From contig CAVRAI010000001.1 of NCBI GenBank assembly GCA_963718915.1, positions 30,001 through 62,000 on the forward strand: a stretch of 32,000 nt of DNA. Direction: 5' to 3'. The notes under the pieces are model-generated. The model did no database searches, was not told where the DNA came from, and worked only from the letters and a program-made list of their open reading frames with translations. Of this stretch, positions 1-8,631 are shown one piece after another (the stretch's first letter is position 1; every line of letters starts with the position of its first letter). The stretch comes from an uncultured Chloroflexia bacterium (GTDB lineage: Bacteria > Chloroflexota > Ktedonobacteria > Ktedonobacterales > JADMIN01). The position numbers and the translations under genes were made by a program.

Positions 1-6
1 CCTGCC

Positions 7-879
7 GTGCGCGGACGCGCCTCTCGCTCAGTTACGCCATCACGATCAACAACACCGGCAACGCACTCTGCTCCCGCGGCGCGCACCCCAGAGACGCCGT
101 GGAGCATGTCAACCGCGCAGCAACATGTACAGGAGTCCGCGAGTCCGTTTGGCTCGCCGGAGCCATCCTTCGCGCATGGCTTTGGCCCGCAGTCGTCTGG
201 TGTCGCCAGCCCGCTGCATGAGACTCTGCCGCGCATCCGCCGCGGTGAGCGCAGTGGCGACGTGCCGATGTCGGCTAACCAACTGGGAACGATCATCACC
301 AGCGCCATTATGCAACAAACCGACCGCCTGCTCAGTGAGTTGCGCCGCCAGCAGTATCCGCCGAGCATGACGGTGGCGCTGCCAGCGTTCCCTTCGACCG
401 AGCGCCTTGGCGTGTTCGTTGATGTCGCCAACCTGCTCTACTCCGCGCGCAGCCAGCGCATGAATATTGACTTTGGGCGTCTGCTCGATTTCCTGCGCGC
501 CAACCGCCGACTGATTCGCGCGCATGCCTATGCGCCTACCAATCCCGATCCGCACGCCGAGCAGACTTTCCTCTCGGCGGTAAAGGGCGTGGGCTATCGT
601 ATCACGACCAAGAATTACAAGACGTTCGCTAGCGGCGCGCGCAAGGCCGACATGGACCTCGATCTCTGTATGGATATCGTGCGCATGGTGGATGCCGACG
701 CCATTGACACCGTCATCCTGGTCAGCGGCGACAGCGATTTCCTCCCGCTGCTGGAGTATTGCTCGGATCACGGAGTGCGCGTGGAGGTGGCTGCCTTCGA
801 TGACGCCACCGCGATGATCCTGCGGCAGAGCTGCGACCTCTTCATCAACCTCTCACAGGTAGATGAGATTCGCGTTTAG
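7..879 (+). CDS. NYN/LabA-like (PIN-related) domain protein with a long Ser/Pro/Thr-rich N-terminal extension; 5' end uncertain
   Basis: The C-terminal ~150 aa carry NYN-type motifs (LGVFVDVANL, DMDLDLCMD, ILVSGDSDFLPLLE). There is no in-frame stop between nt 1 and the GTG at 7, so the ORF may start upstream of the window or at ATG 106. Confidence 0.7.
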   Translation: MRGRASRSVTPSRSTTPATHSAPAARTPETPWSMSTAQQHVQESASPFGSPEPSFAHGFGPQSSGVASPLHETLPRIRRGERSGDVPMSANQLGTIITSAIMQQTDRLLSELRRQQYPPSMTVALPAFPSTERLGVFVDVANLLYSARSQRMNIDFGRLLDFLRANRRLIRAHAYAPTNPDPHAEQTFLSAVKGVGYRITTKNYKTFASGARKADMDLDLCMDIVRMVDADAIDTVILVSGDSDFLPLLEYCSDHGVRVEVAAFDDATAMILRQSCDLFINLSQVDEIRV

Positions 880-923
880 CGTTTAGCGTCGAGCGTCTAT
901 CTGGCATTTCGTCGTATCAATCA

Positions 924-960
924 CATCCCTTCTCCTGCCACTGGAGGAGGGATGTTTGCT
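924..960 (+). terminator. Rho-independent terminator after the NYN gene
   Basis: 12-bp stem CATCCCTTCTCC (924-935) / GGAGGAGGGATG (943-954) with one G-U pair and a 7-nt loop, followed by TTTGCT. Confidence 0.6.
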
Positions 961-1005
961 ATCTCGCTCCTCAGCGATATCTGGGCCATATCTATTTAGA
1001 CCATA

Positions 1006-1035
1006 TAGACAGCATGAGAAGAAGACGGCTACAAT
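1006..1035 (+). promoter_or_regulatory. Candidate sigma70-type promoter for coaD
   Basis: TAGACA (1006-1011), 18-nt spacer, TACAAT (1030-1035), about 45 nt upstream of ATG 1082. Confidence 0.3.
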
Positions 1036-1081
1036 GCGCATATTATGATGGCAGAGTGGCCGCAGTGAAAGTGAGAGAGCG

Positions 1082-1636
1082 ATGGGACGCGACGACGCGA
1101 GTCAGGGCATGGCGGCGCAGAGCCGGGCCACGACGGGCGAGGATAAACGCCTCGTAGCGGTCTATCCCGGCAGCTTCGATCCCGTTCATCGGGGGCATCT
1201 CGACATCGCCAAGCGGGCGGCGCGCCTGGTGGACGAGCTGGTGATCGCGGTCTACGCGACCCCAAACAAGAAGCTGCTTTTCACCTCCGACGAGCGCGCG
1301 CAACTCTGGCGCGAGACAGTCGCCGAGGAAGGTTTGACGAACGTCAGGATCGAGCCATTTGAAGGCCTGGTGATTGACTACGCCCGCACCGTCGGCGCCC
1401 AAGCCATCGTGCGCGGATTGCGCGCCGTCACCGATTTCGAGCTAGAATTCCAGCAGGCGCTCATGAACCGCAAGCTCGCGCCGGAGATCGAGACGCTGAT
1501 GATTATCACTGACCTGCGCTTTCTCTTCGTCAGCGCGACGCTGCTCAAAGAGGTTGCTCGCCTCAACGGCGATCTCGATGGCATCGTCACCACCAACGTC
1601 GCCCAGGCGCTGAAGCAGAAATTCAGCGACCACTAA
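1082..1636 (+). CDS. coaD: Phosphopantetheine adenylyltransferase
   Basis: VAVYPGSFDPVHRGHLDI (the T/HxGH nucleotidyltransferase motif) and a CoaD-like remainder. The N-terminus is ~25 aa longer than usual, so ATG 1109 is an alternative start. Confidence 0.9.
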   Translation: MGRDDASQGMAAQSRATTGEDKRLVAVYPGSFDPVHRGHLDIAKRAARLVDELVIAVYATPNKKLLFTSDERAQLWRETVAEEGLTNVRIEPFEGLVIDYARTVGAQAIVRGLRAVTDFELEFQQALMNRKLAPEIETLMIITDLRFLFVSATLLKEVARLNGDLDGIVTTNVAQALKQKFSDH

Positions 1637-1703
1637 CCGTCCGTCGTAGCAAGCATCGATACCAGCCCAGCCGCTACAGTGCATTCCGCAAGGAGAACTT
1701 ACG

Positions 1704-2480
1704 ATGATGTACGACTCCATTCTCGTCGAGCGCGACGCACCTGTCGCCACCATTACTATGAACCGACCAGCGAAACGCAACGCCCTCTCCAGCGAGATGA
1801 TGCGCGAATTGAACGACGCCTTGCGCGCGCTCAGCGCCGAGCCTGACGTGCGCGCGATTGTGCTGGCGGCCAATGGGCCAGCGTTCTCCGCGGGACACGA
1901 TCTGCGCGAGCTGGTGGATGGCGACATCAACCGCTATCGCGCCGTCTTCGACCTGTGTACCGAGCTGATGAATACCATCCAGGTCATCCCACAGCCCGTG
2001 ATTGCGCGCGTCCATCGCGTCGCCACCGCCGCTGGATGTCAGCTTGTCGCCACCTGCGATCTGGCTGTCGCCGCCGAGGAGGCCACGTTCGGCACGCCGG
2101 GCGTCAAGATTGGCCTTTTCTGCACGACGCCGATGGTCGCCCTCAGCCGCGCTATCGGGCGCAAACGCGCGCTACAGATGCTGATGACGGGCAAGTCCAT
2201 CTCCGCCGCGACAGCCGCCGACTGGGGGCTGGTGAACACCGTCGTGCCCGCCGATGAACTGGAGAGCGCGACTCGCGAGCTTGCCCTCTCGATAGCCAGC
2301 GCCAGCTCGCTCACCGTGGCGCTGGGCAAACAGGCATTCTACACCCAGATCGACCTCGATCAGCCCAAAGCCTATGCCTATGCCAAAGAGGTCATGAGCA
2401 TGAACGCGATGGCCGCCGACGCGCAGGAGGGCATGTGCGCCTTCCTCGACAAGCGCCAGCCCGCCTGGGTGGGGAGATAA
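1704..2480 (+). CDS. Enoyl-CoA hydratase/isomerase (crotonase) family protein
   Basis: ITMNRPAKRNALS, FSAGHDL and a crotonase-like GCQLVATCDL segment; AAGGAG RBS upstream of ATG 1704. Confidence 0.85.
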   Translation: MMYDSILVERDAPVATITMNRPAKRNALSSEMMRELNDALRALSAEPDVRAIVLAANGPAFSAGHDLRELVDGDINRYRAVFDLCTELMNTIQVIPQPVIARVHRVATAAGCQLVATCDLAVAAEEATFGTPGVKIGLFCTTPMVALSRAIGRKRALQMLMTGKSISAATAADWGLVNTVVPADELESATRELALSIASASSLTVALGKQAFYTQIDLDQPKAYAYAKEVMSMNAMAADAQEGMCAFLDKRQPAWVGR

Positions 2481-2534
2481 AGATACGTGTGCGCCCACTA
2501 GACCGAGATTGGGTGATGAGGGGCGAAGAAGAGC

Positions 2535-2591
2535 GCTGGCGGCTGAAGCCGCGCCTAGGGGCTACGCCACAAAGCCCGCCTGCGCGGGCTC
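2535..2591 (+). repeat. GC-rich stem-loop repeat module, copy A (REP/MITE-like)
   Basis: GCTGGCGGCTGAAGCCGCGCCTA ... AAAGCCCGCCTGCGCGGGCTC. It contains two small hairpins (GCGGC-TGAA-GCCGC and GCCCGC-CTGC-GCGGGC). An inverted copy lies at 2727-2793. Confidence 0.7.
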
Positions 2592-2726
2592 ACCATAACT
2601 TGGACGCGCATCACCGATGACTAGCACAACACGTGAAACGCTGGAACGCGCGGCTAAGCGCCGTGCTCCGCTCCGCTGCGATATTTGCCTGGTCAGGCTC
2701 CAGATTCAGGCGCAATGAGATCTGAC

Positions 2727-2793
2727 GAGCCCGCGCAGGCGGGCTTTGCCGCCGAACGCAGTGAGGCGCTTAGGCGCGGCTTCAGCCGCCAGC
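2727..2793 (-). repeat. GC-rich stem-loop repeat module, copy A' (inverted)
   Basis: The reverse complement matches both arms of copy A exactly (23 nt and 21 nt); only the central 13-23 nt differ. Confidence 0.7.
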
Positions 2794-2818
2794 CTGCTCG
2801 CCAACAGGAGAGGCGTCC

Positions 2819-4114
2819 ATGGACACCAATATGACCACGGATTCCCAGCTTGCCGCCGATTTCGCGCTCACTGGCATCTCGCGGCTGGTGACGGTCGCCC
2901 CAGAGCGTTACGGGAGTGGCCCGCTCGGCGTCATCCCGAACGGCGCGCTCGCCGCACAGGACGGCAGGATCGTCTGGGTAGGGGCGGAGGCCGATCTCGC
3001 ACGGGCGGTTGCCGTCGAGGCGATCCCTCCAGCGGGGCGCCGTGATGCTGGCGGACGCGCTGTGCTGCCCGGCTTCGTCGATTCGCACACCCATTTCGTC
3101 TTCGCGGGCAATCGCGCCGAAGAGTTCCAGTTGCGCCACGCGGGCGCCTCGTACGAAGAGCTGGCGCGGCAGGGACGTGGTATCCTCAGCACCGTGCGAG
3201 CGACACGCGCCGCCCCCGAAGAGACGCTGCTCGCCCTTGGCCGCGGTCGGTTGGAGTCATTCGCCATCCACGGAACCACCACCGTCGAAGGCAAAACGGG
3301 CTATGGGCTCGATCCCGCGAGCGAGGCGCGCTGCCTGACGGTCATGCGCGCGCTGGCTGCATCGCCGCATCTGCCGACCGTCGTGCCAACGTTTCTCGGC
3401 GCGCATACCCTCCCGCCGGAGTACCGTGAGCATCCAGGCGACCGCGACGCCTATGTGGACCTCGTCTGCGAGCGGATGCTGCCCGCGTTTGCCGCCGACG
3501 CGCGCTTCTGCGATGTCTTCTGCGAGCGCACCGCCTTCACCGTCGAGGAGGCGCGGCGAATCCTCGAACAGGCAAGCGCGCTGGGCTACGCGCTCAAGCT
3601 GCACGCCAACCAGCTTGGGCCGACCGGCGGCGCGCGGCTGGCCGCCGAGCTACACGCCGTTTCCGCCGATCACCTCGACTTTGCCTCCGATGAAGAGCTT
3701 GATATGTTGAATGGGGCTGGCGTCGTCGGCACGTTGCTGCCGGGCTGCTCCTTCTCGCTGAGCATCGCCTATCCCTCGGCCCAGCGCCTGCGCGAACATG
3801 GCGTGCGCATCGCGCTGGCAACCGATTTCAACCCAGGAACCAGCTATTCCGAGAATATGCAGATGATGATCGCACTGGCGGTCAGCGCGATGGGGATGAC
3901 GCTTGACGAAGCGATTACCGCAGCCACTCGCGGCGGCGCGGCGGCGCTGGCAATGGAGGCGGAGGTGGGCAGTCTGGAGCCGGGCAAGCGCTGTGACTTG
4001 ATTGTGTTGCGGGGAGACGACGAACGCGAACTGGCCTACCATTTCGGCGTCAACCTGGTTGCGCGGACGTATCTGCGCGGCAAACTGTTTGTGGGAAGTA
4101 CCGAAAGGGCATAG
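2819..4114 (+). CDS. hutI: Imidazolonepropionase
   Basis: Amidohydrolase metal motif GFVDSHTHFVFAG plus an HutI-like GRGILSTVRATRAA segment, KLHANQL and ALATDFNPGTS; AGGAGAGG RBS. Confidence 0.85.
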   Translation: MDTNMTTDSQLAADFALTGISRLVTVAPERYGSGPLGVIPNGALAAQDGRIVWVGAEADLARAVAVEAIPPAGRRDAGGRAVLPGFVDSHTHFVFAGNRAEEFQLRHAGASYEELARQGRGILSTVRATRAAPEETLLALGRGRLESFAIHGTTTVEGKTGYGLDPASEARCLTVMRALAASPHLPTVVPTFLGAHTLPPEYREHPGDRDAYVDLVCERMLPAFAADARFCDVFCERTAFTVEEARRILEQASALGYALKLHANQLGPTGGARLAAELHAVSADHLDFASDEELDMLNGAGVVGTLLPGCSFSLSIAYPSAQRLREHGVRIALATDFNPGTSYSENMQMMIALAVSAMGMTLDEAITAATRGGAAALAMEAEVGSLEPGKRCDLIVLRGDDERELAYHFGVNLVARTYLRGKLFVGSTERA

Positions 4115-4139
4115 ACAGCGTCAAGGAGTGTGCTATACT
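4112..4139 (+). promoter_or_regulatory. Candidate promoter for the 4223 gene
   Basis: TAGACA (4112-4117), 16-nt spacer, extended -10 TGcTATACT (4131-4139). Confidence 0.4.
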
Positions 4140-4222
4140 GGAGGCCACGGGCAACAACACCGCCTGAAAGGATTTCGGGATTTGGAGTGCGGCTATCGTT
4201 GAGGGGGGGATGTAGAGGGCCA

Positions 4223-5722
4223 ATGGCTATACTGCAAGCGCCGGGAACCGGCTTCGCCGCTGATATGGGAAATACCGCCTCGCCCCTCGTCGTTCTTTTC
4301 GAGCGTAATGATACGATTGCGGTTCCGCTGCTCTCTCAATTGCGTGTGACAGGCTATGATGTCCGCGCTGCCCGCACCCCGGTCGAACTCTTTGGTATGC
4401 TTGGCAAGCAACTGGTTGCGCTGGTGCTGGTTGATCTCGGCAATGCAACGGCCGGGCGCCGCGAATTCTGGGTCGCGCTAGATGCGCAGCGGCGCGGGCG
4501 CTCGCTTCAGGTCATGACGTTCCGCTTTATCAGCCCCGCGAACGCGCTCGATCCCGATTTCGATCCGGCGGCGCGGGCACTGGCCGACGTGGAGGTACGT
4601 GGCGTCCAGGAGTTCCAGAAGGTGCTGGATGGCGTGCGCCAGCGAATACCGCTCAATGGCGCGTTTCCCGCTCTCGCCGCGCCTGGCGCTGGCGCGATTC
4701 CACCCATCGGCGCGGCGTATGGTATACCATCACCCTATGGTCAGCCGTCCTACTCCCCCCTCAGCCAGCCGTCGCCCCTGCCCAATAGCCAGCCCTCAGT
4801 TCCGCCATATGCCTCCAATCCGCATGTATCGCCATTCGCGCAACCGCTCGCCGCTTCACCGTTTGCCCAGCCCGCCCCGTCGAATCCATTTTCCGGCGGC
4901 CAGCCCGAGAACAATTCGCCGTTTGCCCAGCCCTACAATGTGAATCCGTTTGCGGCGGCCAACGCGGCGCCACAGTCTGGCGGAGGGTCGGCCTGGGGTC
5001 AGGCTCCAGGCATGGCGGCCAGCAATCCGTTCAGCCAGCCATCACAACCCGATCCAGTGCGATTCGGGCAGCCAGAGAGCGCGCGATTTGGCGGACAGCA
5101 CGTACCGCAGCAGCAGCAACCCGCGCACCAGATGGGGCGGGATGAGCAGCAGATCGTGGATGTCTGGATTCCGCCAGAAGAAGACGATCAGGTGACGAGC
5201 GTCGTCCCCGAGGCCACCTTCGAGCAGATCGAGCGGTATGGCCGCATGGAGCAGATGGGGCAGCAGAGCCAGAGGGGCCAGATGGGATCCATGGGATCGA
5301 TGGGCCAGATGGGCGCGGCGCTGCAAGAGCCAACCCAGCGCATCGCATCGATGCCTACCGCTGGCGCGTCCTACGCCGGAACCCCCACGGAGCGCGCGCT
5401 GAGCACTGTATTGGTGGAGGGCGCGATGCTGACCGACCAGAAGCTCGAGGCGCTACGCGGAATCCAGCAAATGCTTACAGGTGTCGGCATGCGGTTCAAG
5501 CTCGGCGAACTGGCGCTGCTCTTCAAGTTTCTCAGCCCGGATCAGTTGCTGGCGGCCCTGCTCGTCAGCCGGGGACTCGTCAGCCCACAACAGATATCCT
5601 CGCTCGGGCGCATCAAACAGGAACTGGCCGCCACTGGCAAAGATGAAGACCTCGCCACGCTGCTGCTCAAGTTCCAGGTGCTTCCCGCCGAGCAGTTGCG
5701 CGCCCTGCAAAACGAACTGTAA
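4223..5722 (+). CDS. Hypothetical protein with three parts: a degenerate receiver-like N-domain, a Pro/Gln-rich low-complexity region with SPFAQP/NPF repeats, and C-terminal GspE-N/MshEN-like helical repeats
   Basis: The ORF-track frame runs 4130..5722; ATG 4223 is preferred because a G-rich RBS (GAGGGGGGGA) precedes it. The receiver-like strands are VVLFERND, ALVLVDLG and LQVMTF. The C-terminus has four repeats of the LGELAxxxxxLSPDQLxxAL type. Confidence 0.55.
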   Translation: MAILQAPGTGFAADMGNTASPLVVLFERNDTIAVPLLSQLRVTGYDVRAARTPVELFGMLGKQLVALVLVDLGNATAGRREFWVALDAQRRGRSLQVMTFRFISPANALDPDFDPAARALADVEVRGVQEFQKVLDGVRQRIPLNGAFPALAAPGAGAIPPIGAAYGIPSPYGQPSYSPLSQPSPLPNSQPSVPPYASNPHVSPFAQPLAASPFAQPAPSNPFSGGQPENNSPFAQPYNVNPFAAANAAPQSGGGSAWGQAPGMAASNPFSQPSQPDPVRFGQPESARFGGQHVPQQQQPAHQMGRDEQQIVDVWIPPEEDDQVTSVVPEATFEQIERYGRMEQMGQQSQRGQMGSMGSMGQMGAALQEPTQRIASMPTAGASYAGTPTERALSTVLVEGAMLTDQKLEALRGIQQMLTGVGMRFKLGELALLFKFLSPDQLLAALLVSRGLVSPQQISSLGRIKQELAATGKDEDLATLLLKFQVLPAEQLRALQNEL

Positions 5723-5744
5723 AAGCGAACTTCGTCCTCTGTCC

Positions 5745-5770
5745 CCTCTCTCACAAGGAGAAGAGGTTTT
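5745..5770 (+). terminator. Candidate intrinsic terminator between convergent genes
   Basis: 8-bp stem with one bulged A (CCTCTCTC / GAGAAGAGG) and a 5-nt loop, followed by TTTT (5767-5770). Confidence 0.4.
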
Positions 5771-5773
5771 CCT

Positions 5774-6844
5774 CTACCACTGCTGGCCGGTGCGCACGGC
5801 GGATTGCGAGCGTGTCCCGCTATCCAGCGTGGGCGGCTTGCGCGATCCGGCGGCTGCGGAGATCACAAGAATACCGCCGACGATAAAGAGGATGAGGCTC
5901 AGGAGACCAAGCCCCGCTATCGCCAGAACGCGCGGCGTATCGTCAGACTTCCCGGTCGTACTGGTATGCTTTGCGGGCGTAGGCGATGGCGCTACCGTCG
6001 GCGTCGCCAGTGGCGGGCCAATCTGAATAACGCTCGTGGCGACGAGCGACGGCGGGAATGGCGGTTGGCCGTTTGTTACCGCATCCGTCGAGACAGCGTG
6101 AAGGAAGAGCTGTCCGGTAATCGCTGACGGGAGCACGACAATCGCCGTGAACTGCCCCTGGCTGTCCGAGAGAATCGACGAACCATCCTCAGTCGTGAGC
6201 GCATTATCCGGCTGATAATCCGACGCGGAGAAGTTGGCGCTTGGCGTCACAAAGATCGCTATCGCCGTGCCCTGCGGGAAAAAGCCACTACCCTGCACCT
6301 GCACTGGCCCGCCCGCGGCATATACCTTGCCGGGATGCGTGGATGAGGGCGCTTGTGAGAGCGTGACCTGCGGGGCATTGGAGCCGAGCGCCTGAAATTG
6401 CTGATCGGCAGTAACGACGTCGGTCGTGGGGTTCGCGGAGTCACTGGCGCAGATGAGATAGAGCGTGCCGGGAGTGCCCGCAGCGTCTGGCCAGACAAAG
6501 GTGGCGGTGAAACTGCCGCTGCTATCCGCCATCACCGTAATTGTGCCATTGGTGAAGGGGTTGAATGCGCTCGCGCAACCATCGGTGACGTTGGCCCAAC
6601 CCAGATTAAAAGTGGCGCCCGCGGTTGCCTGACTCATCGAGACCGAGACATTGGCGCCCACTGGCCCCTGTACGGTTTTGCCGTCGCTGGAGGGTACAGG
6701 GACCACCACATGCATACTGCCAGTAGAAGGGTCGGCGTGCGCGACAGGCGAAGTATGTACCGCTCCCACTACCAGCAGCGCCATCATCAGCGCCCAAAGC
6801 CCATACCAGCCCCTGCCAATGATGAGTTGCGCCCTGCGTCGCAT
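5774..6844 (-). CDS. Secreted, C-terminally membrane-anchored surface protein (unknown function)
   Basis: N-terminal signal-like segment (LWALMMALLVVGAVHTSPVAHA), a beta-rich body, a Pro/Thr linker (PTVAPSPTPAKHTSTT) and a C-terminal TM (VLAIAGLGLLSLILFIVGGILVI); GAGGGGG RBS. Confidence 0.6.
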   Translation of the reverse strand: MRRRAQLIIGRGWYGLWALMMALLVVGAVHTSPVAHADPSTGSMHVVVPVPSSDGKTVQGPVGANVSVSMSQATAGATFNLGWANVTDGCASAFNPFTNGTITVMADSSGSFTATFVWPDAAGTPGTLYLICASDSANPTTDVVTADQQFQALGSNAPQVTLSQAPSSTHPGKVYAAGGPVQVQGSGFFPQGTAIAIFVTPSANFSASDYQPDNALTTEDGSSILSDSQGQFTAIVVLPSAITGQLFLHAVSTDAVTNGQPPFPPSLVATSVIQIGPPLATPTVAPSPTPAKHTSTTGKSDDTPRVLAIAGLGLLSLILFIVGGILVISAAAGSRKPPTLDSGTRSQSAVRTGQQW

Positions 6845-7021
6845 GCCTGCCCCCTCTGTCGCTGGCCACTCTGCTAATGGATCCCGCGTGCCCGCTATCG
6901 CACCCGGCTCTCACCCGGCCCCAGTCTATCTCAGCCTCCCTGAGCGCCCATGCCGCATCAGCCGCATCAGTATAGCACGACAGCCCCCTGATGCCATCCT
7001 CATCCCCCAATTTGCGCGAAT

Positions 7022-7050
7022 TTGACCGTGTGCCGCGTGTCTGATAAAAT
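7022..7050 (+). promoter_or_regulatory. Candidate sigma70 promoter for the 7132 gene
   Basis: TTGACC (7022-7027), 17-nt spacer, extended -10 TGaTAAAAT (7042-7050). Confidence 0.45.
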
Positions 7051-7131
7051 GACCTGGATAGGCGCCCGCGCCAGAAGCGAACGGGCATACGGCAGCTTTG
7101 CGTAGCGGCAATTTGGAGGACGGCACGATCC

Positions 7132-7581
7132 ATGGATAAGGTCATCACCTGGTTATTTACTGACCCGAACAATACGGCGTCGGGTACTCCCGAGACATTT
7201 CACTTTTATCTGCCCTGGATGATCTTCTGCGGACTTGGCCTGCTCATCCCGCTCTACTATGCGTTCGAGGGACGCAAGCGCTTCTTCGGGCATCATACGC
7301 TGCACAAGTATCTCATGACCAAGTTCATGAATCAGCTCTGGCCGCTCGCGCTGGTGGGCTGGATTCTGATTGGCGCGCGCTATGCTGAGCTTTCGCTCTT
7401 CGACTGGCGCGTCTGGCGCTACGGTTGGCTGCTCTGGCTCGGCATCATCGCCGTCTATTGGGGCCTGTACTTCACCCGCCACTATTCCCACCATCTGGAG
7501 CACTATCAGCAGGAGCGCGTGAAAGCGCAATACATCCCGCCGCCCAATCCCAAGAAGCGCACCGCACGCGCTGGCCACTAG
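7132..7581 (+). CDS. Small integral membrane protein (unknown function)
   Basis: 149 aa with three or four hydrophobic helices (PWMIFCGLGLLIPLYYAF, LWPLALVGWILIGA, WLLWLGIIAVYWGLYF); GGAGGA RBS. Confidence 0.6.
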   Translation: MDKVITWLFTDPNNTASGTPETFHFYLPWMIFCGLGLLIPLYYAFEGRKRFFGHHTLHKYLMTKFMNQLWPLALVGWILIGARYAELSLFDWRVWRYGWLLWLGIIAVYWGLYFTRHYSHHLEHYQQERVKAQYIPPPNPKKRTARAGH

Positions 7582-7897
7582 ACTAGCCGCTAGAGTGTGC
7601 TATGAATTCAAGGTCAAGCGGATAAGCTGTACGGCGAGGCTTCCTCGATCACGCCACATTCGCTACGCATGTCAGTGGTCAGTTGAGGCGCGTCGAACTG
7701 GCCAGCTTCCTTGCGCACATTCGTCAGGCGTGCTGTAGTCATCTTCCACGCATGATTGGCGCGCTGATAGTCGTCTACGAGCACGGGCGACAGACCTTGT
7801 TTCTGGATAAGTTGGAGCAGGCCACGCACGGCTGCCTCTTTGTCCGCCGCCTCGGGGCAACAAGTCCAGTCTTGCGGCGACCCGCTGGCGTCTGGCG

Positions 7898-8116
7898 CTC
7901 CCCGGTGACCCCATCCCCAGCGCTGATCCGACCCGCGCCATCGGAACCTAGACCCGACAGCCCGGACCCGTACCAGAAGCTGGGCGGGGAACCCTCGTGC
8001 GCATAGTAGCGGGTCAGCGGAGTGCCCAGGGCGCTGTCGCCATCGCTGGCCGCGACGGACTTCAACAGGTATTGATAGCCGCGCCCAACCAACATGACCC
8101 GTATCGACACGACCAC
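7898..8116 (-). pseudogene. N-terminal remnant of a TrwC/MobF-type conjugative relaxase
   Basis: The minus-strand frame reads VVSIRVMLVGRGYQYLLKSVAASDGDSALGTPLTRYYAHEGSPPSFWYGSGLSGLG..ISAGDGVTGE. This follows the relaxase N-terminal pattern (GYxYL...YY...G.PPG.W.G.G...LGL.G.V). The similarity stops after ~70 aa and no downstream relaxase motifs appear in any frame. Confidence 0.4.
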
Positions 8117-8219
8117 GACCAGATCCACCCCCGAAAGTGCCCCCACAGGGCAGGTGCGCACCGCGCCCCAGGCCGCACCGACGAGACGCCAGACGTGTGG
8201 AGGTGTGGCGCATGTCCGT

Positions 8220-8270
8220 GTAATGTGACACCACCATTACCTTGACAGACATAGTAATGTGACGTATACT
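8220..8270 (+). promoter_or_regulatory. Strong candidate promoter plus direct-repeat operator for the PadR operon
   Basis: TTGACA (8242-8247), 17-nt spacer, TATACT (8265-8270). The 10-mer GTAATGTGAC occurs at 8220-8229 and again at 8254-8263, inside the spacer. ATGT/ACAT half-sites are typical of PadR operators. Confidence 0.55.
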
Positions 8271-8289
8271 ATTCGTCGGAGGTGGTGAG

Positions 8290-8619
8290 ATGGGCGCAAG
8301 CGAGATCACATCCGATTTGTTGCGTGGGAATGCCGACACGATGATCTTGCGGTTACTGTCGGAATCCGACTGCTATGGCTACGAGATCGTCAAGTTGATC
8401 GCAGAGCGTTCGCACGGCGAGTACGAGCTTAAGGAAGCCACGATGTACTCCAGCGTTCGCCGATTGGAAGCGGACGGCGACATCACGTGGTACTGGGGCG
8501 ATGAATCGCAGGGCGGCCGACGCAAGTATTTCCGGATCACGGAGAAGGGCAGGGCGACCTATGCCCGCAACAAGAGCAACTGGGAGTATGCGAAGCGCGT
8601 GCTCGACACATTGCTGTGA
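8290..8619 (+). CDS. PadR family transcriptional regulator
   Basis: PadR winged-HTH pattern (ILRLLSESDCYGYEIVKLI...ATMYSSVRRLEADGDI...RKYFRITEKG), ~109 aa; GGAGGTGG RBS. Confidence 0.9.
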   Translation: MGASEITSDLLRGNADTMILRLLSESDCYGYEIVKLIAERSHGEYELKEATMYSSVRRLEADGDITWYWGDESQGGRRKYFRITEKGRATYARNKSNWEYAKRVLDTLL

Positions 8620-8631
8620 GGAGATGAAGCG

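Noticed and set aside
109-771. 220-aa minus-strand ORF.
   Set aside because: It is antisense to the NYN-domain gene and has no recognisable motifs.
875-898. Duplicated GTTTAGC at the NYN stop codon, considered as a recoding or readthrough signal.
   Set aside because: It is a simple 7-bp duplication and the second TAG is out of frame. No downstream coding potential follows, and a terminator occurs within 50 nt.
2515-2620. Short ORF ending ..ARAHHNLDAHHR upstream of hutI, considered as a His-sensing leader peptide.
   Set aside because: Most of the ORF is the translated repeat module (WRLKPRL...). It has no convincing SD, only four non-consecutive His codons, and no terminator or antiterminator structure. 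It is probably coincidence.
7614-8339. 241-aa minus-strand ORF considered as an intact gene.
   Set aside because: It overlaps the PadR start and promoter and is Arg/Gly/Trp-rich. The only family-like sequence in this interval (the relaxase N-terminus) is in a different frame (7775..8161). I treat the interval as degraded DNA rather than a functional gene.
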